Source: Octopus bimaculoides (Eukaryota). Taken from it: a stretch of 64,000 nt of DNA. The translations under genes were made by a program, and so were the position numbers. The notes below the pieces were generated by a model. That model worked only from the letters and a program-made list of their open reading frames with translations, searched no databases and was not told where the DNA came from. Every line of letters begins with the position of its first letter. Position 1 is the stretch's first letter. Shown piece after piece: positions 12,501 to 25,248 of this stretch. Where the stretch lies: contig NC_068988.1 in NCBI RefSeq assembly GCF_001194135.2, positions 5,453,084-5,517,083 of the forward strand, given 5' to 3'.

Positions 12501-14699
12501 AAAATGGCACACCTGGGTGAATATAGGTATTTGTTAGACAGGTAATTGTAGGTAATATTCTCCATTTTTAGCTTTTTTTGTTCAGTACTTTTGAATCAGT
12601 CATTTTCTGTGACTGGAGATCAAGTAGACATTTGTCATCTCCTTTCACTGATAGTGTTTATAAGGCTGGAGTAACAAAGTGTAAAGATGATATATAACAT
12701 GTAGTATTAACTTATATTGCAAGATTAAACCCTGATTAGCTCAACTTCGGCTTTTTACAAGTTGATTCAATTGGTTATAACCCTTCTTTTGAAATGAGTG
12801 GCGTTATATTAATGTAAATTGTGATCAATATAATCATCATTTAATGTCTATGTTCCATGTTGGCATGGGTTAGATATTTCAGCAGGATTTAATGAACCAC
12901 AGGTTTCATGGAATCAGCACTAGGGAGATTACCAAGTAACTAACAATAGACAAAAAAACCCCAAAAAACCAACATTCCCTTAATTGAATGGGATTGTACT
13001 AGAGAGGGAGGTAGCTTTATGCTATGTGTTAAGAAGTTAAGGTATGACAGAGGGGCAGGAAAATGTAGGAAATACATGGCTACACTACATTATCTAAGGG
13101 GAGAGTGAATTTATACTGCCGGATGCCTTTCTGATAGCTGCTCTCTCGTTTGCACAGCTACTAGACGGGTTCCTCAAAAGCTCTTTGTGAACTTTTATAG
13201 AAGACGTCTTCCAAAACCTCTTTCCCAGTAGAAAAATGGCTCACACTACCAAGTATGACTCCCTAACTGAGCCAGTAATATAAATGGAGGCTAGTAGTAA
13301 ATATGTCTCTTTATGACATCTTGAGTCCGTTAATAAAAATACTTTACTGATTGACCAAGTAGAAAACACTGAAAGTTTAAATAACATCACTAAAAAATTG
13401 AAAATTGTAATATGGGGGTTGTTTAAAAAATTAAAATTATTTATTTATTTATTTTTTTTTTGAAAAATCGAAATTGTTCAAGTTCTTAAATTATAAATAA
13501 AACCTTGTGCGATCTTTGGTTTTTAAAGACCAAAAATGAAACCGAAACAATTGGAGATAATACTAAAATAAACTTGGTTTCAACGGAACGAATATGTGAA
13601 TGCATATTATTAACCCATTAGTATTTTATCTTTATTAAAAGAGTTCACTTTTTCAATAGGAACACTTTTGTTTCAACTTTAATGATAAAGTTATTAAAGG
13701 AGATATTACTAGAAAAATAAAACAACCACCAAACAATAATAATAAAAATGGAAACATTCCGAAGAAGCTATAAAAATAAATTTGAAAAAGGTTTAATCGA
13801 AAAGCAAATTAAAGTAATATATTTCCGTTCAATAACTGACTCTAAGCATTACGTATTCGTTTTGCTTACCCAATATAGCCAAGTCTATTTTTGTATTTTC
13901 TCGGATTGTTTAGGTTTCATTTTCAGATATATGTACCTATGACCAAAAACATCCACATATGCAAATCTTGTCCGGCCGGTTCTAAGGCGTGCTTCGATCA
14001 GAACTTCACCAAAGTAGTTTATAATATGTAACAGCAAATCTATGAAATAAACAGTTTCCTCATATATTGTTCACGAATAACAATCCTAATATTGAACAAT
14101 AAATAGAATTTAAAAAGAATATAAAAAATAATTTTTAACTGCAGCCCCAAATATTCTTTATGACAAAGAAACTGGTCGCAACTAGACATCTAGAAGATTC
14201 TTCCACGACCATAAAACATGGGTAATATTTAAGTATTTAACTAGGAATAACTTTTTTCAAGACATAAGTTTTTAAGATAGAAAGATATACGAGTCAGTAA
14301 TATTTTTAAATATTTTAAAAGTATATGTATGATGAAAAAAAAAAGACTATTAAGAGATTTAAAAGTATTTAATTTAAAAAATGTCAAGCATAAGATGTAA
14401 AAGTGTCAATAGAATTATGGACTCCTTATATTTAAAACCATTGCAATCTCACCGCTATAGGAAACAATATTTCGTTTTCGTTTCGGTATTTCAAGAAACC
14501 CATCATATTTTACATATGCCCAATTTTTGCTATTGACACCGTTTATTTATTGGCAGCGATTTCTTTATATTTCAGTGATCAGCTTTGTCTTTTGTAATTA
14601 TGATCGATCGTTGTTCAGTTCGCATATTGTAATTAAATTATATACTCAAAGACCAGAACTTTGTAGTCTCGTGCAAGCTAAAGACTTCCGAGAATAATA

Positions 14700-14768
14700 A
14701 TGGCGATGCCATCGACTGAAAGAAGCAATGAACACAATTTAATTGATGAACTTGAGACGGCTTTTCAA
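14700..14768 (+). CDS. MED28: Mediator subunit 28, exon 1
   Basis: MAMPSTERSNEHNLIDELETAFQ resembles human TLVDELESSFE; GTAAGT donor at 14769. Confidence 0.9.
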
Positions 14769-14959
14769 GTAAGTTCTTCGATTTTGTTTCGTGGAAATCT
14801 CAATTGTTTTATTTATTGGTAAATTTTAAAATAACCTCTGTTTATATATAAATAGGATATAAAGTCAATGAAAAGGCATTTACATAAAACATTTCGTCTG
14901 TTATATAAAACTGATTTTTCAATAAAGGTGTTTAATGTAATTTTGACCGAGGTACGCTG

Positions 14960-14991
<32 letters not shown>

Positions 14992-15399
14992 AGCACACAT
15001 GCATTTGTATGTGTGTGTGTGTGTATGTTTATGTCAAGTTATATTAAAAACTGTTTACCATTAAACTGAAGAATTACTCAATAATTTTTGAAGCGGACAT
15101 ATTTACTATACTGTAACGAGAAGGGTGGTGATAGTGGCTCCAAAGTTTCGTCTTTCTTTCTCTCTCTCTCCCTCTCTGTCTGTCCCTCTATCTATCTATC
15201 TATCTATCTAGATAGATAGATAGATATGAGACGGGGGTTAAAACCAGGTATTTTTGCTGCATTTTTGACTGAGACTATTTTTTTTACAAATGTTTACTAC
15301 CTTACAAAAAACTATATCAACTAAGCAAACGTCCTTCCCTAAATGCATTAAAAGGTTTATAACATAATCTAATTACTATTTCAGAAAATTATCGCCGTT

Positions 15400-16640
15400 C
15401 TCTTTGAGTATATAAAAGACAAATGGTCATGCTACACCTTTTCTACAGATGGGGCTGAGCCATCTACCTGAAGGGATTTGTGATTTGTCTGCTTTCTTTC
15501 TAAGACTTTGAATTTTTGCTAAGTTAACTGTAAGGCCCTTCAATTCTAGACCTTGTTTCCACACCTGAAACTTCTTCCCTAGCTCAGGTTGTGATTCAGC
15601 TATAAGAGCAAGGTCCTCAGCATAGAGGAGCTCCCAGGAATAGCATGACTTAAATCCTTCTGTTATTGCCTGGAGGACTATTCGTTGGTGAATCCCTACT
15701 TGTACCCTGAATTCTTCACTATACTTATTGCCAACCCTTACCTTACTGACAGTGTTCCTGTACATAGCTTGTACAGCTCTCATCAACCACTTGTCTATCC
15801 CTAGTTTCTGCATTGACCACCACAAGGGATCGAGTTACTATGTTAAAGGCTTCCTCTATGTCAACAAAAGCCAAGTACAGAGGTTTATCTTTGGCTAAAT
15901 ATTTCTCCTGCAGCTGTCTTATCAGAAATATAGTATTGGTGGTGCTTCTCCCTGGCACAAAACCCAAACTCCATCTCATCTAAACTAACTCTCTCCCTAA
16001 TTAGTTAGGCTATGACCCCTTTCTATGACTTTCATCGCCTGATGCAACAATTTGATATCTGTGTAATTATTTCTATCTAAGGCGTCACCATTATATTTAT
16101 AGCAGTTGACTATGGTATGACTCCTTCATATAACACCTGGTTAACTATATGGGTGACTAGGCCATAGCCTACACTATCAGATATTTTAAGCGTCTCAGCA
16201 GTGATTCCTATTGGGCTGGGGGGCTTTCCCTGTCTTTGTATCCTTAAATAACATTGCAATCCTTTCTCACACACTGTCTTGCAATTGGAAACACTTCAAG
16301 TCTCTGGTCCTCATGGCGCAGAACATTGGCAATCCTCTTCTTTTCTGCTTCCCCTCTGGCTAACTATACCTTTCTCCTAGCTTCCCTTTTGGCTACCACC
16401 ACACTTCCAGTCCTGTTTCTCTTCTCTAATGGCCCTGTCAACTACATTGTTCCACCACCATGTCACCTTGGGTTGAGAAGGGACTTTGCACCAGCCACAG
16501 ATCTGGTCAGTAGGCCTCAACAGGTTGTCCTCCATGTTATATGACGCTATATCCTCTTCTTTTTGTCAAAAGCTTCAAGTAACACATCTCTAAATCTCTG
16601 TCCATCCAGAGGATAACCTCAGTTACACTCGGGTTAAATT
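15400..16640 (-). mobile_element. RTE-clade LINE ORF2 fragment (reverse transcriptase), degenerate
   Basis: GFVPGRSTTNTIFLIRQLQEKYLAKDKPLYLAFVD and WELLYAEDL in ORFs 15743-15979 and 15427-15825. Confidence 0.9.
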
Positions 16641-16963
16641 TGAAAAATTTCTTGAAAAAAGAGGACCTACCACCTTACTATGTTTTGGACTCTCTCAAAG
16701 AGTGTATGGTTTGTGACATGTTCACATGGCACAAAAGAAAGAAGCATTCTTCACCACCACAGCTTCAAAGTTGGTGACAACAGGCTAACAAGTATAGATG
16801 TAAATGTGCTGTCATTTTGGGCTGTTTTATATCCTTGATGCGTACCAAGTTAGATTGTACTATCAGTTTTACCATTCAAAACTTTATTATTATGAATGAA
16901 TTGGATCAAAATAGATTTGTAACAGTGTTCTAAATATATATTGACATTGTATCCTTATTTCAG

Positions 16964-17030
16964 AATTGTCTGTCTTTATTAACTTCCCAAGAGTATTTCA
17001 ATGTAACAGACTCTGAAGAAACTAAAGCAG
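16964..17030 (+). CDS. MED28: MED28 exon 2
   Basis: tttcag acceptor; NCLSLLTSQEYFNVTDSEETKA(G) vs human [29 protein letters not shown] donor. Confidence 0.92.
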
Positions 17031-17564
17031 GTAAGCCTTTCTTTATTATTTTGTTGAAGATATTGAGAGAGAGTTCTGATCTTTAAATGCCTTACAGTAT
17101 GAGCTTCATCTCTTTCTTTGTTGTGAATTCAAATTCTACTTGGTTTGATTAAATAAGTGCAGTATATTGGGCTGGAAGCAATCATATGTTTGCTCTCCTT
17201 TAAAAATTTGGCTTTCTTTGAAGTCATTAATGTTGTGTTGTATGTAGTGGCTGATATAATGTGAGAGTAATTATTGAATCTCAGCCAAGTTTTGTGAAAG
17301 TGCTGATAATTTTTGACTTCCCCTAGTATATGATGAATTTTTATTTCAAAGTTTCCATTTACAAAATTTTATGCACAGTGAGATTGAACCCAGAATCACA
17401 TGGTTGTAAAGCAAAGTTCTTAACCATACAAATCATGACTGAGTATCTGTTTAAGGTATCTGGATGAAATTGTTTTAGGAAATTTGTTTTAAATTCCTAT
17501 TTTGAAATAGTTTTGAAGATAAACTGGTATATATTTTTTCTAAATGTCTTGAAATATTTTCTAG

Positions 17565-17677
17565 GTATTGAACATGCACTTCAAAGATTCTTAGAAGTTG
17601 GGCGGCAAATGGAAGCATTTTTTCTTCGGAAGAGAATGATTCTTTCAATACAAAAACCTGAGCAAGTTATAAAAGAG
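17565..17677 (+). CDS. MED28: MED28 exon 3
   Basis: (G)[37 protein letters not shown] vs human [37 protein letters not shown]. Confidence 0.95.
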
Positions 17678-19897
17678 GTAAAAGAACATGTGTAATAGAA
17701 AGAAAAATTCAAAACAAAAAATCTTTTTCATACCATCAATTACTTTTTTGCAACAAAATATCTTATGATCATTTTATAGATAAGATCTCAGATGGTGTTT
17801 TTTAAAATTTTTTGATAGTTATTTCAGTTATACAGCTAATTACTTTAGAAGAACCCAAACAGCCTTAAATCTCATTTCCATCTTGCATAAAATTCAAATA
17901 CAAAAGGAAATCACATTGACATAATATTCCAAAATTACTACACAGTAAACTTAGAAGCAGATCTCTTTAAAAGAATATAACCACTTCCATTGCTAATTGC
18001 ATATGGGCATTTCTTGGTATTGCTTAATAGTCAATATAGTTTCTTGTGTGCATTATTTGCATAAATTTTAATTCCTTTCTTAAAAAAACTGTCATTTTGG
18101 TAAAACTTTGATTTTTAGTATTTTTATTTTGAAATCTGGTGATTAAATTATTATATATATAGGAGAAAGCAAGAGAGAGAATAAAGGGATAAATTATGTT
18201 GGTGGATACTGTATTACCTCACAAATTGGTATAGATGCCAGCTATACACATACTTGTGAGCTTCGCTTTCCTCTTGGTTATCAGTTGTGTGTGTGTGTGT
18301 AAGAGAATGTTACAATATTGTAAAAAGAGAGATTTTATAATTTAATTGATTCTGCAAATGATTTCAGTGGCAAAATCACAAAAACAACCTCTAACAAGAA
18401 CTGTAGAATTTTTGCTTATGCAGATCAGGCTGAAACCTGGTACAGCTCTGGTCAAATTGTCCATCCCATGCCACCAGGGAAAACAAATGTTAAATGGTAA
18501 TGATCCTAAAAGTGTAATGCTTTAATGAATGGTTGAATGGTATTTTTTAATGAACTGTGAAATTGACCTATGTATAAAAATCATATAAGTTCAGTGCTGT
18601 GTAGGTAAAGATTTCAAGAACAAAAATCAATAAAAACAAACAAGAGTACAAAGTAATTCATTTTCCCCCTTAAGTAAATCAGTTCAATGTTTTATACAGT
18701 GATCATTCAGCAAAAAAAAAAAAAAAAAAAAAAGCAAATGTTTTAGAGAATGCTTTTACAGTGGCTGCTGCTGCATGTTGAAAACTGACCAAAAGATGTT
18801 TCTCAATAGAAGAGTGATTTTAGTAAGGCAAGTAATTGGCAAGACTTAATGTTTGTGATTTTTTGAGAACATGTGTGAATATGTGGAGTAGGCTGTTTGT
18901 GCATGATGTCTGTATCTCTGTGTGTTGTTGTATAGTTGCTATGAATAGAACATAATGGCATGTTTGAAGAGATAGGGAAGGCATGTATGTGGGAGGCATA
19001 TTAATTAAGGAAAGGGGGATGGTTTTAATTCTGATTAGGTGAGCTGTTTGTAGATGGAAGGTAAGTTGTTCCTTGAGCAAACAAAAGAGGGTTGATCCAT
19101 GGTGTAAAATGAGAGCACTAACAGAGCTGCAGGCAGCTCTGAGTAGAATTGAAATAAGCTACAGATCAAAGTGATCCAGTGTTGTAATGTCAGGCCTTTA
19201 TAAGATGCTTTCTAAAATGGCCTCTCTATCCTCAACCTCTGTAACATTGACTCTGATTTCAAAACCTAATCACACCAAATGATCTACTTAATATAATTTG
19301 ATTATCCCCAGCCAGATGTTGATGTTGCCTACAAAATTAACTGCAATTCTGCATCAGGAAAGAGTGTACCGGATGTCTTTTATATGTCACTGGTACAGGC
19401 ACTCTACATATCAACAGCACCAATTTTTTTATGTAAGAATCTTTTAATGTTCCAGGCACCTAATTAATAATGATGAGATTAGTTGTTTTAGAAAATTCCT
19501 CCAAATTAGTGGTTATTTTCGAAATTAATTAAAAGTCAGAGACATTGCATTTCATTAGAAATATATTCAATGGCATATAGTGCTAAGTTCAAATCCTCCT
19601 GGCAAAGTTTTTGAGAAGCTGGTACTCTGTTGAAAGAAAGAGATGTCTTAACTGCTTAATGCTTTCAAAACTACAACCAGCTCTGGTACATCATGATGTC
19701 TGGCAATGAAAGCAAATAAAACTAAAAGAAGATATGAAAACCCCATACTGTAAAGCATGAATAAAGGCTCTAATTAGAGAGCAGTGGGTTGTAGATTTTA
19801 AAATAGTGTAAACTTTCTAAAATATTTGCTTTAAAAAAATTACTCATTAATCTGAAGAGTTATTTATTCAACTTCAATAACTTTAACTCTATTTTAG

Positions 19898-20257
19898 GAA
19901 TTCACAGACTTGGAACAAGAATTGCTCCGCAAAGAATCTTTGCTGCAGAAACATCAACACCGTTTGCAACAGTGGCAGAGTCTATTGTGTAATCTACAGT
20001 CTGCTCAACAACAAACAAGTATACCTCAGCCTACTTCTAAACTTTCTCAACAACCGCAGTCAGCAAGTAACTCAATGCCATTGCATACAATGCAGTCAAA
20101 TATGGCTAATTATTCCCAACATCCACCACCATCAAATCCGACTGGAATGCAGCCTGCTTCTCAATCTCTTGTCATGCCTCCTCCTCAACAACCAGGTTAT
20201 CAACAAACTCCACTTGCTTTTCTTGAACAGACAATGTCTAACATTGGGATGCCATAG
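19898..20257 (+). CDS. MED28: MED28 exon 4 (terminal)
   Basis: ttttag acceptor; EFTDLEQELLRKESLLQKHQHRLQQWQ...PLAFLEQTMSNIGMP*; total CDS 609 nt (202 aa). Confidence 0.93.
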   Translation, partial: EFTDLEQELLRKESLLQKHQHRLQQWQSLLCNLQSAQQQTSIPQPTSKLSQQPQSASNSMPLHTMQSNMANYSQHPPPSNPTGMQPASQSLVMPPPQQPGYQQTPLAFLEQTMSNIGMP

Positions 20258-20295
20258 TAATTAAAGTTTTCTCCAGTATTTTTCTTATTTTAATC

Positions 20296-20301
20296 AATAA
20301 A
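20296..20301 (+). promoter_or_regulatory. Probable MED28 polyadenylation signal
   Basis: AATAAA 39 nt after the stop codon, followed by T/GT-rich sequence. Confidence 0.5.
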
Positions 20302-21025
20302 TTGCACATAGATAAATATTTTTCAGTAAAATTTTGTTATTTCACCAATGGTATTTTGTGTGATGATGATGATGATCATCATCATCATCATTTTACATGT
20401 GCTTTTTCCATGCTAGTATGGGTTGGACAAGAGATACTGAAGTAGTATGTTAAACTGAGTAGCCAACATGTTGTCGACTTGACTGCTTCTGAACACTGTT
20501 GTAAGAAGATAAATGCCACATTTTGGTAAGCATTGTCCTTGACTTTTTGCTCATTGACATAGTAAGTACAGGCCAGACATAGAATTGACACTGTCTTATA
20601 GTGAAGGGAAAATCTGTATCAGATGATTGCAGGTTGATGTGGGACATCAGCAAAGTACACCCTCCATCAATACCAGTAATTTTAGTTGCTTTTATGAAAG
20701 TGTCTGCAGCAGATTTCTTGAAAATTGCTATAAGAAATTAATCGTTGAACTAGCTTTCTGAAATGATGGACGGGAAGGAAGCAGGGAATCTCAGTTATTT
20801 GTGTCTTGGAGAGAGAAAAAAAAACCTGGTAAGAAGGAAGGAAAGAGAATAAAAGAGTGGAAGAGGAATAAAAAAAGAATGAACGAGTAAGAAAAGGAGT
20901 TATAGTAAGAAGGAGAAAATGAGAGAGAGAGAGAGGTAAAAGAAAGTAAGTGAAGTGAGGATAGGGGGAGAGAAAAAGTAAGAGAATAACAGAAGGAAGA
21001 AAGAAAAGAAACTAGGCAAATAGAT

Positions 21026-21180
21026 CATCATCATCATCGTTTAACGTCCACTTTCCATGCTAGCATGGGTTGGACGACTTGACTGAGGACTGGTGAAACC
21101 GGATGGCAACACCAGGCTCCAATCTAAATTTGGCAGAGTTTCTACAGCTGGATGCCCTTCCTAACGCCAATCCCTTCCTA
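21026..21180 (-). mobile_element. 5'-truncated RTE 3' end with (ATG)n tail
   Basis: (CAT)n-cgtttaacgtcc...gcccttcctaacgccaa. Related copies at about 26627, 31338, 35041, 35810, 37860, 38330, 39880, 42071, 47223, 47683 and 54250. Confidence 0.85.
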
Positions 21181-22142
21181 GATGGCAATTTTTATTTTTA
21201 AAAAAGTAACTTATGAAATTAAACTAAAACAAAACATTTGTAAGTTTTCTGAAGAGACATGAATTTTGTTTACTTTCTGTATTAACTTCTTTTAATATAA
21301 GAAATTTCTTATTTTCAATTATTATAACTTAACTGAATATTTTTAACAGAAGTATTGAGAAAGAAAACAGTTTGGTAATAGACAGACAGAGACACAGAAA
21401 ATACTGTTATATTTGTTTGTGTGTGTGTGTGTATAAATAGGGAAAGGAAAATGCAAGTTGTAAACCAAACTGGAAGTTGTGTGACAGATCAACAGGCTTC
21501 ATAATCATTATTATATGAAGATTGTTATTATCTTGATTCCAGTTTTGGTGTTCTAGGTTATCTATGTCATATCTTTACTCCTCACAGCTTAAAAATGCAA
21601 TGCTATCCTGAACACATATGTCGTTCCGAGTATGACCACGCACTGTACTTCCAATGATGTTTGGTAGTTTCAGCTTCTGATTCCAAGTTTTTGTTGTTCC
21701 TTAAGATGGTTCCAAATGCGCCAATCACATGCGCCACTTCAAATGCCAGGTTTTGATTTTTTTCAGCTTTTTCATTCTGCCTTCACGATGTTTTGATCTG
21801 CAGGTACCAGTATGTCAATGAAAATCCATTCTTTGCTCTTTTTGTGCAGAAGAGTGATATCTGATGTTGGACAAATTCTCCATGTAGGGCCATCTTGTCC
21901 CAGTTGTTGATCTTTTTCTCGTAAATCCTCTTTGTACTACTGGAGGTTAGACAATCAGGCAAAAGCAATAACAAATAGGTTGCTAACAAACATGGAAATT
22001 GAAGAAATAAAAAGGAAAGTAAAAAAATAAGGATAATATTGCACCAGCAGATAATGTGCCTCTTGAGAATAGAAAGCTGAAAGGTGGCAGTAAAGATGTA
22101 GAGCAAAGTGTAAATGTTAATGCACTGTCAGCAATTATTACG

Positions 22143-22652
22143 GTTAAGGTGGCAGCGAGCTGGCAGAATTGTTAGCACGCTTGACGAAATGCTTAGCAGT
22201 ATTTTGCCCATCGCTATTTTCTGAGTTCAAATTCTGCCGAGGTTGACTGCATTTCAACCTTTCAGGGTCAGTAAATTACATATCAGTGGAACACTGGGGT
22301 TGATGTAATTGACTCATTCCCTCTCCCAAAATTGCTGCCCTGGTGGCAAAATTTGAAACCTTAAGGTGGTGAGCTGGCAGAATCGTTAACACATCAGGCG
22401 AAATTCTTAGCAGTATTCTATCTGTCTTCATGTTCTGAGTTCAAATGTCACAGGTGTTGACTTTGCCTTTCATCCTTTTGGGGTCGATAAATTAAGTACC
22501 AGTTATGCACTAGGGTTGATGTAATTGACTGGTTCCCACCCCTAAAACTTCAAGCCTTGTGCCTATAGTAGAAAGGATTATTATTAAGGTGGTGAACTGG
22601 CAGAATCTTTAGCACACTGGACGAAATGCTTAGTAGTATTTCACCCATTGCT
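22143..22652 (+). mobile_element. Head-to-tail array of three copies of a SINE
   Basis: Unit begins (tt)aaggtgg..gagctggcagaat with a B-box-like gagttcaaat. Copies start near 22143, 22361 and 22584 (third truncated). A reverse partial copy lies at about 48590-48750. Confidence 0.7.
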
Positions 22653-23084
22653 ACTGTAGAGAGCAGTCAGCTAATCGTAAAAGACGGTAATATGACATAA
22701 TGGTAATGTTGCCCGAACAAGTATAATTGTTGGTTTCCCATTGGTTGAAATTACTGCCCATATTTCAATTCTAAACTTTCATCAAAGAGAATTCTTTCAT
22801 GAAATGCGATTCTTAGAATTCAGGTATGAGGGGTTATAAAGACCTTGATTTTGGGGAAATTAATCATTGATCATTGGTTGTTAAACTCCATGACACTCCT
22901 TTGAGATATTGGCTATTTTTATGCCATGTCTATTACTCAAATCCAACAAGACTTATTTGAATTGTTGTGTAAACTCTGATAGTTAGTATGAAGGAATTAG
23001 GTAGTAATAGATTTGGCCGTTATTTCTAGCATGTGAATAGCCTGCTTGAGGGGGGGGGGGTTAAAAAAAAAAATTTTTTTAAAG

Positions 23085-24835
23085 TTTTCCAAACTTGAAG
23101 ATTATCTCAAGAGAAATTAAAGATTGCTATGGCTGAATTTCGTCACATGTTAGACCTTGGAATAATTCATCCTTCTAGCAGTAACTGGTCAACACCTTTA
23201 GTTTTGGTAAAAAAACAAAATCTCACAAACTGGCATCCATGTGGGGATTTTAGACAAGTTAATGCGAAGACACAAGCAGACAAATATTCAATCCCACACA
23301 TTTATGATTTTGCAGCTCTGTTGGGTGGTTGTAATATCTTTTCTAAAATAGATTTAGTTGGAGCATACAATCAAATTCCTGTTGAAGAGAAGGATATACC
23401 AAAAACAGCAATCACACCTCCATCTGGGTCATATGAATTCCTTCGTATGCCTTTCAGACTGAGGAATGCAGCAAATACTTTCCATAGGTTCATTGATGAA
23501 GTAACAAGAGATTTACCTTTTGTATTTGTTTATAGAGACGATGTTCTCAATGCTAGTCCGTCAGAAGTCATGAAAATCACTTAAAACAAATTTTCAAAAG
23601 ACTGACTAAACATGGTAAAGTGATAAATCAATCAAAGTGTGTTTTCGGTGAACGTTCTATATCTTTTTAAGGTCATCTCATTGATAAAGGTAGAATTCGC
23701 CCACTGCCAGACAAAGTTGAAACTATTAATAAATTTCCAATACCGAATTCTTTAAGAAAGCTCCAGGAATATTTAGGACTCATTAATTGCTACCAATGCT
23801 TTATTCCACATTGCACAGAAAGAATATTTCCTTTGACTGAATTATTAAAGAATAGGAGAAAGAAAAATGAAGCTATAACTTCAAAAGATGAATTAAAGGC
23901 TTTTCCTGAAGCAAAATTATTGTTGGTAGTTGATGCTTCCGATGCTGGAATTGGTGGAGTTTTACAACAGTTTCATTGTGGTTCTAGGCAACCATTATCC
24001 TTCTTTTCAGAAAATTCAAGGTACCAGAAATGAAATACAGCGTTTTCGGCAGAGAATTGTTGGCAGCTTACTTGTCAATTAAACACTACAAACATCTTCT
24101 TGAAGGTAGGTCATTTACATAATTTACTGACCATAAACCATTGACACATACACTAAAAAATTCTTCTGGAAAATATTCTCCGAGATAAATTAGACACCTT
24201 GATTATATTTCACAGTATACTGTGGATATACGGTGTATCAAGGGTGTTGAAAATTCTGCAGCTGATGCACTTTCTTGAATGAATACTCTTTTACTTGTTT
24301 CAGTCATTTGACTGTGGCCATGCTGGAGCACCGCCTTTAGTCGAGCAAATCGACCCCAGGACTTATTCTTTGTAAGCCTAGTACTTATTCTATCGGTCTC
24401 TTTTGCTGAACCGCTAAGTTACGGGGATGTAAACACTCCAGCATTGGTTGTCAAGTGATGGTGGGGGGACAAACACAAACACACACATATATATACATAT
24501 ATACGACGGGCTTCTTTCAGTTTCCGTCTACCAAATTCACTCTCAAGGCTTTGGTCTACCCGAGGCTATAATAGAAGACACTTGCCCAAGGTGCCACGCA
24601 GTGGGAATGAACCCGGACCCATGTGGTTGGTAAGAGAACTACTTACTACACAGCCACTCCTGCACCTATAGCTACTTACCACACAGCCACTCCTGTGCCT
24701 ATATGTAGATTCATTGAATGTTAATGCATTAAGTTCGTTAAGCACTATCAATTTAGAAGAAATGTTTAAAGATCAAACTACTGATAAAAAATTTTCTTTA
24801 TATAAAGATTCCAGTTCTACTTCTTTGAAATTTAA
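23085..24835 (+). mobile_element. Ty3/Gypsy LTR retrotransposon pol fragment (RT, RNase H), degenerate, interrupted by a SINE
   Basis: GIIHPSSSNWSTPLVLVKK, GDFRQVN, FSKIDLVGAYNQIPV, YEFLRMPF, VYRDDVL, LVVDASDAGIGGVL, FGRELLAAY, FTIFTDHKPL. Confidence 0.92.
24290..24703 (-). mobile_element. tRNA-derived SINE inserted in Gypsy pol
   Basis: The minus strand begins with a tRNA-like head (GGAGTGGCTGTGTGGTAAG...GGTTCATTCCC) and contains a CA/TA microsatellite. The first 32 bp of the head are tandemly duplicated (24639-24670, 24672-24703). Confidence 0.8.
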
Positions 24836-24837
24836 AT

Positions 24838-25248
24838 TGTAGTGAAGCACAAGAAGCCAGCACCATTTTGTATGAGATCTCATCGGTAGCCATTACCATG
24901 TCTGAGACAGGAGCGAGATCTCACCTGCACCCATTTGCCATATATGAGACGACAGCAAGACTCATCGGCAACGACTATTTAAGCAGGAGAATTAAGATAT
25001 TCTTTCTCTTTCTTCCTTTTCACTTACGCTGAGAAACACTGTGAAACTGGCAGCTCACTGCGGACTATTATCCTGCTCTAACTTCACCTGTTATCTCCAG
25101 AGGTAATGAACCTCACATGAACGGAGCTATAACAAACCATGCGCTGCCATAAAGATGGTCACTGGGAACGAGAACTAAAAATAAACGACTATTGAATTAC
25201 ACTCTGCTTGTAAGCTTCTTTTTCGAGTTCCAGATCCTTAAGACTACA
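24838..25248 (+). mobile_element. Probable solo LTR (411 bp)
   Basis: Begins TGTAG and ends CTACA. Flanks are TAAAT/GAAAT (5-bp TSD with 1 mismatch). Internal TATTTAAG and AATAAA. Confidence 0.65.

Noticed and set aside
13100-13340. Structured-looking segment containing CCCTAACTGAG (13261-13271), identical to part of the human telomerase RNA template region, and a long minus frame with one TGA
   Set aside because: The template match is only 7 nt (too short for 1.5 repeats) and I saw no pseudoknot or H/ACA end. Another minus frame (GTRLVAVQTREQLSERHPAV) hints at a decayed Gypsy integrase-adjacent fragment instead.
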